A DNA stretch of 64,000 nt, from the NCBI RefSeq assembly GCF_018977255.1, contig NW_024704742.1, positions 70,062,001 through 70,126,000 on the forward strand, read 5' to 3'. A model generated the notes under the pieces. That model saw nothing but the letters and a program-made list of their open reading frames with translations. It ran no database searches and was not told the origin of the DNA. Below are positions 51,350 through 64,000 of this stretch, in pieces. The position numbers were made by a program, and so were the translations under genes. Position 1 is the stretch's first letter; each line of letters starts with the position of its first letter. Origin of the DNA: Callorhinchus milii (lineage: Eukaryota).

Positions 51350-51705
51350 ATAATAATCATTAGATTTGATATAGTGCCTTATCAAATCTTCGAGGCATCT
51401 CAAAGTGCTTCACAGAATAGTACTGTAAAGTAAATTGACTGTATATTTTGTGGGCAAAATGTGGCAGCCAATTTGCACACAGCAGTGTCCCACAAACAGT
51501 CATGGATTGAGTGACCACATTTTATTTTGGAGGATCACTACCCGATCTGCCAATCAACAAACAACCGGATTCCTAATTACTGTTAGGTGAACAGAGGCAA
51601 TTGGAGTAAAGAAACTTGCTAAAGTTTCGCCCAGCCCGGGAATCGAGCCCAGGTCCTCTCGCTTGTGAGGTGAGTGCTCTAACCACTACATTACAGGACT
51701 CCACA
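51350..51705 (-). mobile_element. tRNA-derived SINE, long older subfamily
   Basis: Reverse-complement match ending ggactccac. Confidence 0.85.
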
Positions 51706-51771
51706 AGTCCTTAACTTGTTTCATCAAGGAATGTTATACTTGGAATAGGATCAGCTAGAAAAAACTAAAAC

Positions 51772-51895
51772 TCCCTCCCCTCCCCTCACCCTGACCATTT
51801 CCCCCCTGCTCGGGTCCTGACCCAACTGTACAGCGCCTTGGGACGTCCTCCCGACTTGAAAGGCGCTCTATAAATGGAATCTTGTTGTTGTTGTT
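51772..51895 (+). mobile_element. Short young L2 3' end
   Basis: Nearly identical to 20175-20300 (ccctcaccctgaccatttcccccctgctcgggtcctgacccaactgt). Confidence 0.85.
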
Positions 51896-52024
51896 TTCAT
51901 TTTGAGTAGCACTGTGGGATCTTTAACGTCCACCTGAACAAGCACAGGTGAGGTCTAGGTTTAACATCTCATCAGAGGGATGAAGATACTCTATCAAACG
52001 CAAAGATGGGTAGTACAGTTGTCT

Positions 52025-52430
52025 GGGTTATCGGTTCAATCCCCACATTGGGACTTTGAACTCACAGTCAAGGCTGAAGTCTAGTGTAATGCTGAGGGTG
52101 TGCTACACTGTTAGAGATATCATTCTTCAAATGAGACATTAAACCGAGGTCCTGTCTGCCTGTTCGGGTGGACATTAAAGATCTCATGGCACTATTTGAA
52201 AAGAGAAGGGAGTTCCTCTCTCCCTCTGTCCTGGACAACAATCCCCCAAATAAAATGAATCACTCACTTCATTGCTGTTCACAGGATGTTGCGGTGTGCA
52301 TATTGGCTGTGGCATTCACCTACAAAACAGGTCCAGTCACTACACTTAGCAGTAAAACCTATAAAGAACTTTGAGACATCTTGATGGCATGATAAGGCGC
52401 TGTATCAAGTGCAGGGATTATTACTACTTT
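52025..52430 (+). mobile_element. Deu-domain SINE
   Basis: Deu core and tail. Many more partial copies occur, e.g. near 13420, 13870, 14450, 23700, 25560, 39800, 52880, 60620 and 62060. Confidence 0.8.
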
Positions 52431-53387
52431 CTTTCTCCTGGTGTCCTGGCCGATCATACTGATCATTCACTTCATGGCTGTTTATGGGACATTGCTGTAC
52501 AGAAATTCTTTGGTGCATTCACTGAGAAAATACTCGGTCATTGCAGTATGAAACGCTTTGAGACATCCTCCTGAAAAAAAAGGCACTGTATCAAGTTGCA
52601 AGCATTATAGTATTTTATTATTATGAATATTTTATTGACTGAGTGCTTGAGAGATTGTGTTAGCAGAGTTAATGGAAGCATCGGTCTGTGCTTTCCCAAT
52701 TACTTGATAACAAGTTATAAAAAAACATGTGAGCTGTGTGGAGATCGCCTCTCACTGATATGTTATCTTTGAAAATGATTTGAGATTCATATTTGAGCCT
52801 TGTATTATTATTTTTAGTAGTTAACTTAAATTGCTACATGACCTCTCACTATTAGGTCTCTTTCTTTGCCTGAGACATTAGTGCCTGTTCAGGTGGATAT
52901 TAAGGATCCCACGGCACTACTTGAAAAGAGAAGGGAGGTTCTCTCTCCCTGATCTCTGGCCAACAATCCCCCAGATAAAATTAATCACTCGCTTCATTAC
53001 TGTTTGTGGTTTGTTGCTGTGCCAGGTTCAACTTATTAAAACACACATTTTGCAGTAAATCTCATAAAGCGCTTTGAGATGTCTCGACAACATGTAAGGT
53101 GCTGTATAAAGTGCAAGGATTAGTATAGTTATTATCTGCTTGTTTGAGAAAGAGAAGAGAGTTTCTCTCTTCCAGTATTCTGGCCAACAACCCCCAGATA
53201 AAATGGGCCATTCACTTCAAGGTTGCTTGTGGGTCATTGCTGTTGCGTCAAAAATACCCCCTCGCTGCACTAAGTGTGTTTTTTCCAATGGAAAAGGTTG
53301 ACAGGATCCAGATTCTGAAGAGCCAAAGTAATACAAGTAAAAAAAAAATTTATTTTAGATGAGGAATGGGTGACAAAGGGCTGGGCT

Positions 53388-53860
53388 GGCAGTGGGGTGT
53401 CAGAATCAAGCCCCTATGTGTGATGGTCTCTAGTCCAGTTACTGAGCCAAGTGAATCTGCAGTATTCTAGGCCACTACTAATGACAGCAAGGTCAGCCTG
53501 GCTCATCGGCAGGACTTAGAAGGGCAGAGCAGTCACTGGGACCAGGGAATATTCCCATTCAGTTCCTGTTAACCCTGCAGACCAAAGCCTTAACAGGTAG
53601 GATGGTCCTAGCTGGATGAGCAGCGGGAAAGCTAGTGATATAATGGTAAGCTACGTGCTTTTAGCTGTTTGGACTCCAGAAATTACCCCAACACATTCGG
53701 GGGTCCCCAAGCCTTGGCTCTTGCCAACCTGCGTCTAACAGATGGAATTAGGGAAACAGCTTTGGCTTGCAGGATCAACAGGAGCTGAGTGTGAGGATTC
53801 CCTGCACCCAGTAACCAGTCTGGCCCTCCAAGCCCTACCGATGAGCCAAGCTGGTTGATC
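53388..53860. mobile_element. LF-SINE-like repeat: + copy (to ~53745) followed by a short inverted piece
   Basis: Matches 46515-46950; 53755-53858 is the reverse complement of part of the same element. Confidence 0.68.
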
Positions 53861-54649
53861 CGTCATCAGGTGTGCAGGACTCTTGGCATAGCGGTACAGT
53901 AATGTGACCAAATGAAATCTGACCTCTACATCTCTGACATGTATGTGCGTGTGGAGAGAAGGGGGGTGGGGGGTAGAGATGGGGAGGGGCTTGAATCCTA
54001 TTGAGACCAATACCGACTGAGCCAGGCTGACACCTACTGTACATGGAGAGGCTGCAATGTGAAGCTGATTGCAAATCTGTGGTTGAAACAGTCCTTTGTC
54101 CAGTGCAAATGGAGATCCCGTAGTGTAGTGGTTAGCGTGTTTGCCTTGCAAGTGAGAGGTCGATTCTCAACCAGGCAAAACTATAGGCAAGTTTACTTAC
54201 TCCACATGCCTTTATTTACCTCGCAGTAAGTAGGAACCTGGTTGGTAAAACACTCGGGATCTCATCCTATATAGGGAACTATATAAATGCAAGGTGTTCT
54301 TGTTAGTCTATTGGCGGATCACTTTCTGGGGTAATAATCCCTCCACAAAAAAATCCACGACTGTTTGTGGGACATTGCTGTGTGCAATTGGCTGCATAAT
54401 TCCCCCACAAAATACACAGTCAATTCACTTTACAATATATTCTCTAAAGTGCTTTGAGACATCTCGAAGACATGATAAGGTAAGAATAAATGCAAGGATT
54501 ATTATTACTATTATTATTGATGCAGTGCTTTTTATGTCAGGAGGATGTCTCAGTAATGATAATAACAATAAACTTTGCATTTGACATAGTGTTTCATCAG
54601 TAAAAAGTCTCAAAGTGCTTCACAGAATATATTGCAAAGTGAATTGATT

Positions 54650-57600
54650 GAGAGTCCAACAGCTTGAGGAGGGAACTGAATAAGAATTCTGTTAAGGACT
54701 TTGGTGAGAGTGGGAATTAGGTGCAGAAGGGGAAAGAGGTGCATAATTATAAAATATATAATATTTACATTAAAACAATATAAAACATGTCTGGGAATAT
54801 GGCAGAGCAGCTGAGACAGGATGCATGCACGATGTGTGCTATGTGGGAACTCCAGGATGCTTTATGTACCCTGGACAAACAAATGTGTAGGAAGTGCCTC
54901 CAACTGCTCGAGCGTGAGCTCAGGGTTTCTGAGCTTGAGGAAAGGCTGGTGTTACTACGTAGCATACGGGTGGCTGAAGAGTTCATGGATTGAACTTTTC
55001 AAGAGGTTGTCTCCCCATAGCCACTGAAGGTTCAGAAGGAGACTGAGTGGGTGACCACCCATTATGGTAGGAAGAGGGGACGGGCAGTACAGAAATCCTG
55101 TGAGTGTGTGGCATTCACAAACCTGTTCTCTGTAATAAACAGCGGTCAGGGTGATGACATCACTGGGGAGAGGAATCAAAGGTCAATGGATGCACAGGGG
55201 GACACAGGGAAGAGTGTCAATGCAATTGTCATTGGGGACACAATAATGAAAAGAGTAGTCAGACGTTTCTGCAACCAAAAGAGCGACTCTCACATGGTAT
55301 GTTGACTTCCTGGTGCCAGGGTTGAAGATATCATAGAACGAGTACAAAATGTTCTACTGGGGGAAGGGCAACATGTTGGGATCCATGATGTAGGAAAAAA
55401 AAAGGGCTGAGATCCTATAGGGAGAGTGTCAGAAGCTGGAGAAAAAGCTAAAGAGTAGGATCTCAAAGGGGGTGATCTCTGGACTACTCCCAGTGCCTCA
55501 TGCAAGTGAGCATCAAAACAGCAGGATCAAACACAGGAATGCATGGGTTGAGAAATGGTGCAGAAAGGAGGGCTTCAGTTGATGTAATTTATATGGATCA
55601 TTGGGACCAGTTCTGGGGCAGGTGGGACCTGTACAAAGTGGATGGGTTACACCTGAATAGGCTGGGACTAATGTCCTCGCAGGGAAGGGTTTAAACTAAT
55701 TTTGAGGGTAGAAGGGAATCTGGGAAATGAATGGGGCAAGTGGAGAGCTTTCAGTAGGAGAGCATCTGAACAACAGTGATCACAACATCATTAGATTTAG
55801 AGTACTTATGGAAAGGGACAAGGAGCAATCAAAGTTGAAGATACTTAACTGGAAGAGGGCAAATTTCAGTGAGTTAAAAAGGGACCTAGTCATGGTGGAC
55901 TGGAAAGAAAAATTGGCAGATAAAACAGCTAACGAGCGATGGGAAGCCTTCAAGGAGGAGATAGTTCAGGGATGGAACAATACATTCCCACAAAGGGGAA
56001 AAGTAGGGCATCCAAACCTCCCTGGATGAATAATTAAATTGGGATTAAAATAAGACAGAAAAAGGAGGTTTATGATAAATGTCAGATTCAAAATACAGAA
56101 GCTAATCAAATAGATTAAAGAAAGTACAGAGGAGAACCGAAAAAGGAAAAAAGAGGGGCAAGGAGATTGTGTGAGAAAAGATTAGTGGGTAACATAAATG
56201 GCTAAGGTATTTTATAAACATATAAAGAGTGAAAGGTTAGTCAAAGGTAGGGTGGGACCAATTAGGGACCAAAGAGGAAATCTTCTTGTGGAGGCAGAGG
56301 CTGATGTACTGAATGAGTACTTTGGATCTGTCTTCACAAAAGAAGATGCAGCCAATGCCACAGTATTGGAGCAGAGGGTAGAGAAATTGGATAAGATAAG
56401 AATAAACAGAGAGGAAGTAATAAAGGTTGTTGGTGCTCAAGGTAGATAAGTCGCCCGTGCCGGACAGGATGCAGCCTAGGTTACTGAGGGAAGTAAGGGT
56501 GGAAATAGCGGAGGCTCTGGCCACAACCTTTCAAACCTCCTTGGACACCGGGGTGGTGCCAGAGGACTGGAGGGTTGCAAATCTTACTCCCCTGTACAAA
56601 AAGGGGCAGAAGGATAAACCCAGGAACTACAGGCCAGTCAGCCTAACATCAGTAGTGGGGAAACTTCTAGAGACTATAAACCAAGACAAAATAAATTTTT
56701 AATTGGAAAATATGAGTTAATAAAGGTCAGCCAACACGGGTTTGTTAAAGGCAAATAATGTCTAACAAACCTGATAGAGTATTTTGATGAAGTAACGAAG
56801 AGGGTGGATGAAGGTAGTGCAGTTGATGTAGTTTATATAGATTTTCAAAAGGTGTTTGATAAAGTGCCACATAAGAGACTTGTAAGCAAAATAGAAGCCC
56901 ACGATATTAAAGGGACAGTGGCAGCGGATACAGAACTTGCTGGGAGACAGAAAGCAGAGTGGTGGTGAATGGTTGTTTTTCTGACTGGAGGGAAGTGTTC
57001 AGTTGTGTCCCCCAGGGATCAGTTTTGGGACCACTGCTATTTTTGATCTATGTAAATGTCCTGGACTTGGGTATAGGGAGTACAATTGCCAAGTTTGCAG
57101 ATGATACTAAGCTAAGAAAAGTAGTAAACAGTGAGGAGGATAGTAGCAGACTGTGAATGGACATAGACAGACTGGTAAAATGGGCAGACACTTGGACGAT
57201 GAAGTTTAATGTGGAGAAATGCAAAGTGATGCATTTTGAGAGGAAGAATAAGGAGAGGCAATATAAGCTGATGGTACAATCTTAAAGGGGGCGAAGAAAC
57301 AGAGAGAACTGGGGGTTCATATCAGTAAATCTTTGAAGGTGGCTGGACAGGTAGATAAAGCTGTTAAAAAAGCATATGGGATACTAGGCTTTATAAATAG
57401 TGGCAAAGAATACAAAAGTCAGGAAGTTATGATGACCTTTATAAAACACTGGTTTGGCCTCAGCTAGAGTACATGTTCAGTTCTGGGCACCGCACTTTAG
57501 GAAGGATGTCAAGGCATTGTAGAGGATGCAAAGGAGATTTACCAGGATTGTACCAGGAATGAGGGACTTTAGCTATCAGGAGAGGCGAGAGAAGCTGGGA

Positions 57601-57975
57601 TTATTCTCCTTGGAACAGAGAAGATTAAAAGTTAAAAGTTTTGAACAAGGAGAAACTATTTCCACTGGTGGGTGGGTTGGTAACCCGAGGGCACCGATTT
57701 ACAATAGTTGTTAAAAGAAACAGAGGGGAGGTGAGGAGACATTTTTTTTTACAAGGTGAGTTGTTCTGATCTGGAATGCATTGCCTGAAAGGGTGGTGGA
57801 AGCTGATTTGATAACAGCTTTTAAGAGAGAAGTAGATAATCATTTGGAGAGGACAAGTTTGCAGAGCTATGGGGAGAGTGGGGGGGAGTGGGATTGAATT
57901 GGATAACTCTTTTCAAAGAGCCGGCTGAATGGGCTGAATGGCCTCCTTCGTGATGTACAATTCTATGATTCCATG
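54650..57975 (+). mobile_element. Near-full-length degenerate CR1 LINE (ORF1 Zn-finger/esterase plus frameshifted ORF2)
   Basis: ORF1 pieces CTMCAMW..CRKC plus coiled coil, AIVIGDT and DGLHLN; ORF2 pieces SDHNIIRF, DWRVANLTP, VPQGSVLGP and FADD; many stops and frameshifts; tail attctatgattccatg. Confidence 0.93.
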
Positions 57976-58109
57976 ACTGTGTATTTGTATATGAAATATC
58001 GTGATATCAAATGCAGGGATTATATAAGGATTATTATTAACTGTGACAGCGTGAAGGGGAATTCCAATGAATAAATCACAAATGCCACACATGAAATCTA
58101 AATCCTGTT

Positions 58110-58465
58110 CATAGAGTCCTGTAGTGCAGTCGTCAGCGAAAGGACCTGGGATCGAAATCCGGAGAGGATGAATCGTTAGGTAAGTTTTATTACTCCACAC
58201 GCCTCTGTTTACCTGGCAGTACATCAGAACCCGGTTGCTAGTCGATTGGTGGATGACTTCTCCAGGGGTACAAATCCCTTCAAAAAAAATAATAATAATT
58301 TGGTCACTCAATCCTCGCTGTTTGTGGAGCAGTGCTGAGTGCAATCGACTGCCGCACTTCGCCCACAATAAATATACAGTCAATTCACTTTAAAGTATAT
58401 TCTGTGAAGTGCTTTGAGGCGTCTCAAAGACGTGATAGGGCAATATAACAAATGCATTATTATTA
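58110..58465 (+). mobile_element. tRNA-derived SINE, long older subfamily
   Basis: Degenerate head, conserved body. Further copies near 30020, 31590, 38945, 54110 and 60928. Confidence 0.78.
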
Positions 58466-59651
58466 TCCATTTACTGAGCACTTTGCATCGCCTTGAATAT
58501 ATATTGGTAATGGCATTTCAACAGAGATGTTTTCTTACTGCGTATACACTTTGGGGCAGTCAAGGCACTGACCTGATGCAAGAGATCAAGCCCGGTAAGG
58601 TGAGGAGTGAAATGAGCAGAACAGGATTTGTAAAAAAATTTAAATGTCTCCAGTATATTACCAGTCTGGCTCAGTCAATAACACTCTTGCTTCTGAGTCA
58701 GAAGATTGTGGCTTCAGTCCAGGCTGATTCTATCCTCCAGATAAAATCGGCCACACACTTCATGGCCTTTTTGGGACGTCGCTGTGAACAAACTGCCTGC
58801 TGCGTTTGCCTACAAAAAAGTTATTGCACTTTATGATAAATTTTGTGAAGTGCTTTGAGACTTTCTCCTGACAATAAAGTCACTGTGCTAAATGTAAGGT
58901 TATCATATATATTGCAGTGAATATATCAGTGATGGCATTTCAGTAGGGATGTTTCCTTGCTTTATACAGACTTCAAAGTAACATAGAAATGGGAGTTGAC
59001 TATACAGCCCTTGAGCTTGTTCTGCCATTTTGTAAAATCATGCCCCTTTGTTCTGGATTCCCTGACTGAAGGAAATAGTTTCTCTATATTCACCCTATTG
59101 TTTTAAACACCTCAATCAGATCACCTCTCAATATATATACACAAATATATTGGAAGGTATATATATATATACACACACACACAAAGAGAGAGAAATTGAA
59201 ATGGGGGCGTGGGGGTGGTGTGGGGTGGGTTGGAACAGTCTTGAAAATGTGAATGTATCCAGCATCCACAGCCTTTTGGGGGAGAGAGTTTCAGATACCC
59301 ACTACCCTATTATAATATGTATCTATCCCTTCCTTTTAACAGTGTTTTGGGGTGTGTTGCATTGTGTGAGTAATGTGTGATTGACAGGTTGGGAGAGTGC
59401 AGCTGAACTCCACATGGGACATGCCACGTTCACTCAAACCCATTGAACCAGACGGCTCCAGGCACCCATTCCTGCGCTTAAAAACAAAGTTTAAAAGCAT
59501 TTTTTTTTCTCCAGGAAGCATCCTGTCACTTGGGATCAAGTCAGACTGCGAGTCCACAGCGGAAAAGCAGGAGATGTTTAATGAAACAGCTGTTTTTTCT
59601 CTCTCCATTTTTGGGTTGATGGCACAGTGCAGAGCTGTCATTATGTCGTTT

Positions 59652-59823
59652 CCACTCTCTCCCGTTCCACCACCCTCCTCACTCACTCTCTCCCATTCCA
59701 CCACCCTCCTCCCCCACTCTCTCCCATTTCACCACCCTCCTCCCCCACTCTCTCCCATTCCACCACCCTCCTCCCCCGCTCTCTCTCGTTCCACCACTCT
59801 CCTCCCCCACTCTCTTCCGTTCC
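59652..59823 (+). repeat. 31-bp minisatellite, about 5.5 copies
   Basis: Unit ccactctctcccattccaccaccctcctccc. Confidence 0.9.
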
Positions 59824-59841
59824 TGTCAGCCTGGCTCGATA

Positions 59842-60110
59842 ACAACATCAGATTACACGTGTATAGAGCCTTTCACATCAAGTTGACGTCAAAAGCCGCT
59901 GTACAGTCAAGGACGTGCACCCAAGCTGGGGTTTGGGATCAGGAGGGGTAGAGGGCAATGAGGATAGGGGTAGGAGGGTGAAGGCCCACTTGAAGAGCAG
60001 GATCTTGAGATGGGCCTTGAAGGAAGCAAGGGAGAGTGTGAGGCAAAAGGACTGTGAGATGGAGTTCCAAAGGGTGGGGGCAGAGATGCTGAAGGCTGGA
60101 CCGACAATGA
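59842..60110 (-). mobile_element. L2 LINE 3' fragment
   Basis: Reverse complement has ctttggaactccat and ccttcaaggcccatctcaag, plus an L2-type tail. Confidence 0.7.
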
Positions 60111-61186
60111 TAGGGCTCAGTCACAACATCTCAGGATTGGCTTGGATGAAGGAAGCCACGGAGTGAGGGAGGGAGCGAGGGAGGGAGCATGTGTGAGACA
60201 GAGGGACTCCAAAGAGCGGGAGCTGGGAGAGATGAGAAGCAATTAGCAATGAGGCTCAGGTGACAGAATGTAAATCCATTTTCATTATATGTAGTTAGAG
60301 GACATGACAGCAACTTAGCAAACAAGCCGTGATCCTTGCCAACAGGTTTGTGAAGCTTTCCTCAGGCATTGTGAGTCTTATTATGCGTAGGAGGCAGATT
60401 GTCTTCTCCACAAATTGGTGTTGACAGGGAATCAAACCAGGGACTCCGTGGAACTTTTTAATTCAAAGCAATTAACCTTTGGTGATCTCAACCACAACTC
60501 TACCACTATGCTGGGTACAACAATAAAAATATTTTTCCCACAAAATAGACAGTCAATCCACATTACAATATATTCTATGAAGCTCTTTGAGACATCTCAA
60601 CCACGTGATAAGGCTCTATATCAAATCCTTCTCAGGATTTACTGCAAAGTGTGGTGACTATTTTGTGGCTGAATGTGGCAGCCAATTTGCACACACCCCA
60701 GCGAAATCCCACAAACAGCTGTGTAGTGTGTGATCGATTTTATCTGGGGGTTGTGAGCGAGGACACTGGAAGAGAGAAACTCCTTTCTCTTTTCCAATAG
60801 AGCTGTGAGATCTTTAATGTCCACCTGAACAGGCAGATGGGACCTTGGTTTAAAGTCTCATCTGAAGGACAGCAACTCCAACAATGCCACACACCCCTCA
60901 GCCTCGACTGTGTGATTCCATGTCTGCTGGAGTCCCATAGTGTAGTGGTTAGTGCACTCGCTTCACAAATAAGAGGACCCGGGTTTAATTCCCGGGCGGG
61001 GTGAAACGCTACAAGTTTCTGTTTGCCTAGCAGTAAGTAGGAACCCATCTTTTAGTTGATTGGCAGATCGCTTTCTAGGGATAATAATCCCTCCAAAGAA
61101 AAATTGGTCACTCAATCCACGACTTTGTGGGACATTGTTGTGTGCTACATTTCATCCACAAAATAGTCAATCTACTGTATAATATT

Positions 61187-61612
61187 GCAAGTTTGAGGAA
61201 CAGCACCTCATCTACTTCCTAGGCACCTTACAGCCCTCACTATTGATTTTAACCACGATAGACCTAAAACACAGCTTCCATCTTCTCTCAGCCTTCCCTC
61301 CCTCCTTCTCCTCCTGTAACCTATAACACATCCTCTGAGTCTCAGACAAATCTTTTCTTTCCATGATCTCCCACTATTGCCTCTTTTGTCTTGCATCATC
61401 AACACCCCTGATCTCCTGTCCTTCACGTAATTTTTTCCTGTGTTTTTCTTTCCTGCCCCTTCTCTGTTGGTCCTTATAACTTGCTCCCTTCCAACATCCC
61501 CCAATTCTGATAAAAGATCATCTTTTATCATCTGAAACGTTACCTCACTTTCCTCTCTCCATTGATACTGCCTGACCTGCTGAGTGTTACCAGTGATTTC
61601 TGTTTTTATTCC
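61187..61612 (+). mobile_element. Penelope-like element 3' fragment (GIY-YIG C-terminus and terminal repeat) inserted in a SINE
   Basis: KFEEQHLIYFLGTLQPS matches the PLE endonuclease C-terminal motif; followed by a pyrimidine-rich UTR and ctgataa..gaaacgtta..tgcctgacctgctgagt. Confidence 0.82.
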
Positions 61613-62299
61613 TGTCTTCATTTCAATATATTCTGTGAAGCACTTTGAGACAGCTCAATGATGTGAAAATGCGCTATATCAAATGCAAGGATTATTTATT
61701 ATAAATCCCGATGTGTGGCTTGAACTCACAACCTGACTCTTTCTGACTCAAAGATGAACGTGTCATCGACTGAGCCAGGCTGACACCTGCATTATTAGAA
61801 GCTTCTTGTGTTTTCTAATACAAAAAGTAATCACTGTAACATTCAAGCAAGCCTCACCTTTTGGCCTCAGCAAATTGAAGATAAAACATAATTTAAATGG
61901 CTAATTGCCCCAAATCTGCTTCCAAACCTCCTGGTGTTTTATTTTAAATTAAAAAAAACACACACTGTGATGGATTAAAAGTATTGATATCAGTGGCGTG
62001 CAAGAGGGCAGATCATGCATTCACCGAAATATCACAGCGAGCCAGAGGGTTGCAGAAATGGGAGAGCATTGCTGTCCTTTCGAGGAGATATTAAACTGAG
62101 GTCCCGTCTGTGCTTATTCAGGTGTAATATTAAAGATCCAGTGCCGCAACTCAAAAAGAGAAGGGAATTTCTCTCTCCCGGTGTCTTGGCCGACAGTTGA
62201 CCAGATAAAATCGATCATTCGCTTCATGATTGTTTGTGGGATTCCACTGTGCCCAAATCGGTTGCTGCGTTTGCCTACAAAAATACATAGTCACTGCAC

Positions 62300-64000
62300 T
62301 ATATCATAGAATCATAGAATGTTACGGCACAGAAGGAGGCCATTCGGCCCATCGAGTCTGGGCCAGCTCTTTGACAGAGCAACTGACTTTTATTAACCCC
62401 ACTCACCAACTTTCTCCCCATAACCTTGCAAACCTGTCTTTCCCAGATACCTATCCAGTTATCTCTTAACCCCTGTTATCGAATCGGACTTCACTGCCCT
62501 TTTGGGCAGATCATTCCAAATTCTAACAACTCGCTGAGTGAAAAAATTTCTTCTAACCTCCCCTCTGCTTCTTTTGGTAAATATCTTAAGACTGTGACCA
62601 CAAGTCACAGACACACCTCCCAGCGGAAACAGCTTTTCCTTATCTAGCCTGTCGAAACCTTTCATGATCTTGAAGACCTCTATCAGTTCCCCGTGTAAGC
62701 TTCTCTGCTCTAATAGGAAAAGTCCTAACTTTTCCAGCCTGTCTTCATAGCTAAGCTTCCCCATTCCTGGTATCATTCTCGTGAATCTCCTCTGCACCCT
62801 TTCCAGTGCCTTAATATCCTTCCTGAGGTAAGGTGTCCAGAACTGGATGCAGTACTCCAGCTGAGGCCTAACCAGTGTTTTGTACAGATTAAGCATAACT
62901 TCCCTACTCTTATACTCTATGCCCCTACTAATGAAGCTCAGTACACCAAATGCCCTTTTTACTGCCCTATCTACCTGCTCTGCCACCTTCAATGAATCGC
63001 TTACTTGAATGCCTTGATCTCTCTGTACGTTCACCTCCCTTAAGATTGAGCTACCAAACCTATATTGCCTCCTATCATTTTTCCTACCTAAGTGTATCAC
63101 CTCGCACTTATCTACATTGAAATCCATCTGCCACATGTCAGCCCATTCCACCATTCTGTGTATGTCTGCCTGCAGTCCGTTACAATCTTCTTCACTATTT
63201 ACTACCCTACCTAACTTGGTATCATCTGCAAACTTGGAAATAGTGCTCCCTATGCCCAAGTCCAGATCATTAATATATATTAGAAAGAGCAGTGGTCCCA
63301 ATACCGATCCCTGGGGGACACCGCTGCACACCTCCTTCCATTGCGAGAAACACCCATTAACCACCACCCTCTGCATTCTGTCACTCAGCCAGTTCCTAAT
63401 CCAAACGGTTACTGTCCCCTTAATACCGTGGGCCTCCAGTTTTTTTATTAACCTCTTATGCGGTACTGTGTCAAAAGCCTTTTTAAAATCCATGTAAATA
63501 ATGTCCACCGCATTTCCCTCATCAACCCTCGCAGTCACCTCTTCAAAAAATTCTATTAGATTTGTTAGGCAAGATTTGCCTTTAACAAATCCATGTTGGC
63601 TGTCTCTAATTACCTCGTGTTCCTCTAAGTAGAGATTTATTTTGTCCCGGATTACGGTCTCCAGTAGCTTTCCTTTTACCGAAGTTAGGCTGACTGGCCT
63701 GTAATTTCCGGGCTTGTCTTTCTGTCCCTTTTTGTAGAGTGGGGTAACATTAGCTACTCTCCAGTCTCTTGGCACCACTCCTGTGTCCAATGACGATTGA
63801 AATATAATGGCCAAAGCCTCCGCTATTTGAACCCGTATCTCCCACAGCAACCTTGGGTGAAACCCATCTGGTCCTGGTGACTTATCAATTTTGAGCCCAG
63901 TCAATCTTTTCAGAACTTCCTCTCTGTCTATAGTAATCTGATCTATGTCTTCTACCCTGTCATCCAATACTGTGGCGTTTGGGGCATCCGTTTCCATTGT
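62300..64000 (-). mobile_element. CR1-clade LINE, ORF2 RT region and 3' UTR, continuing beyond the window
   Basis: Stop-free 512-aa ORF 62459-63997 with KSPGPDG, NYRPVSLTS, DFKKAFD, GVPQGSVLGP and FADD; (ATTCTATG)n-type tail near 62303-62320. Confidence 0.96.

Noticed and set aside
59397..59951. 184-aa ORF and acceptor-like tttttttctccag near 59500-59514
   Set aside because: The C-terminal half is minisatellite, and no donor or protein similarity was recognised.
1..64000. CRISPR arrays, operons or other prokaryotic systems
   Set aside because: No repeat-spacer arrays or dense gene organisation; all content is typical vertebrate nuclear DNA.

Overview
Repeat-dense vertebrate genomic DNA. The SINE/LINE repertoire points to a cartilaginous fish, probably a chimaera (inference). 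Only two host protein-coding sequences are recognisable. One is the terminal coding exon (TM4-TM7 and C-tail) of a 5-HT7-type serotonin receptor on the + strand (9045-9816); its first exon is not in the window. The other is an intronless, 5'-truncated RPAP2 C-terminal fragment on the - strand (35428-35790) that looks like a retrocopy joined to a young SINE. The rest is mostly retroposons: CR1 LINEs (one stop-free RT ORF runs off the right edge), L2 LINEs, a tRNA-Ala-headed SINE with an L2-type tail, Deu-domain SINEs, a long hairpin-rich non-coding family resembling LF-SINE, and Penelope-like remnants with hammerhead-ribozyme-like cores. Micro/minisatellites, local composite duplications and short unique islands with transcription-factor motif clusters also occur. 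Top leads: a 223-bp Penelope-derived palindrome with back-to-back hammerhead-like cores and a 14-bp TSD (30970-31220), the RPAP2-SINE chimera, the structured LF-SINE-like family, and an orphan Gly-Tyr-His repeat segment (32660-33300). Repeat boundaries were read by eye and are approximate. Family names come from recalled consensus motifs, not database searches.
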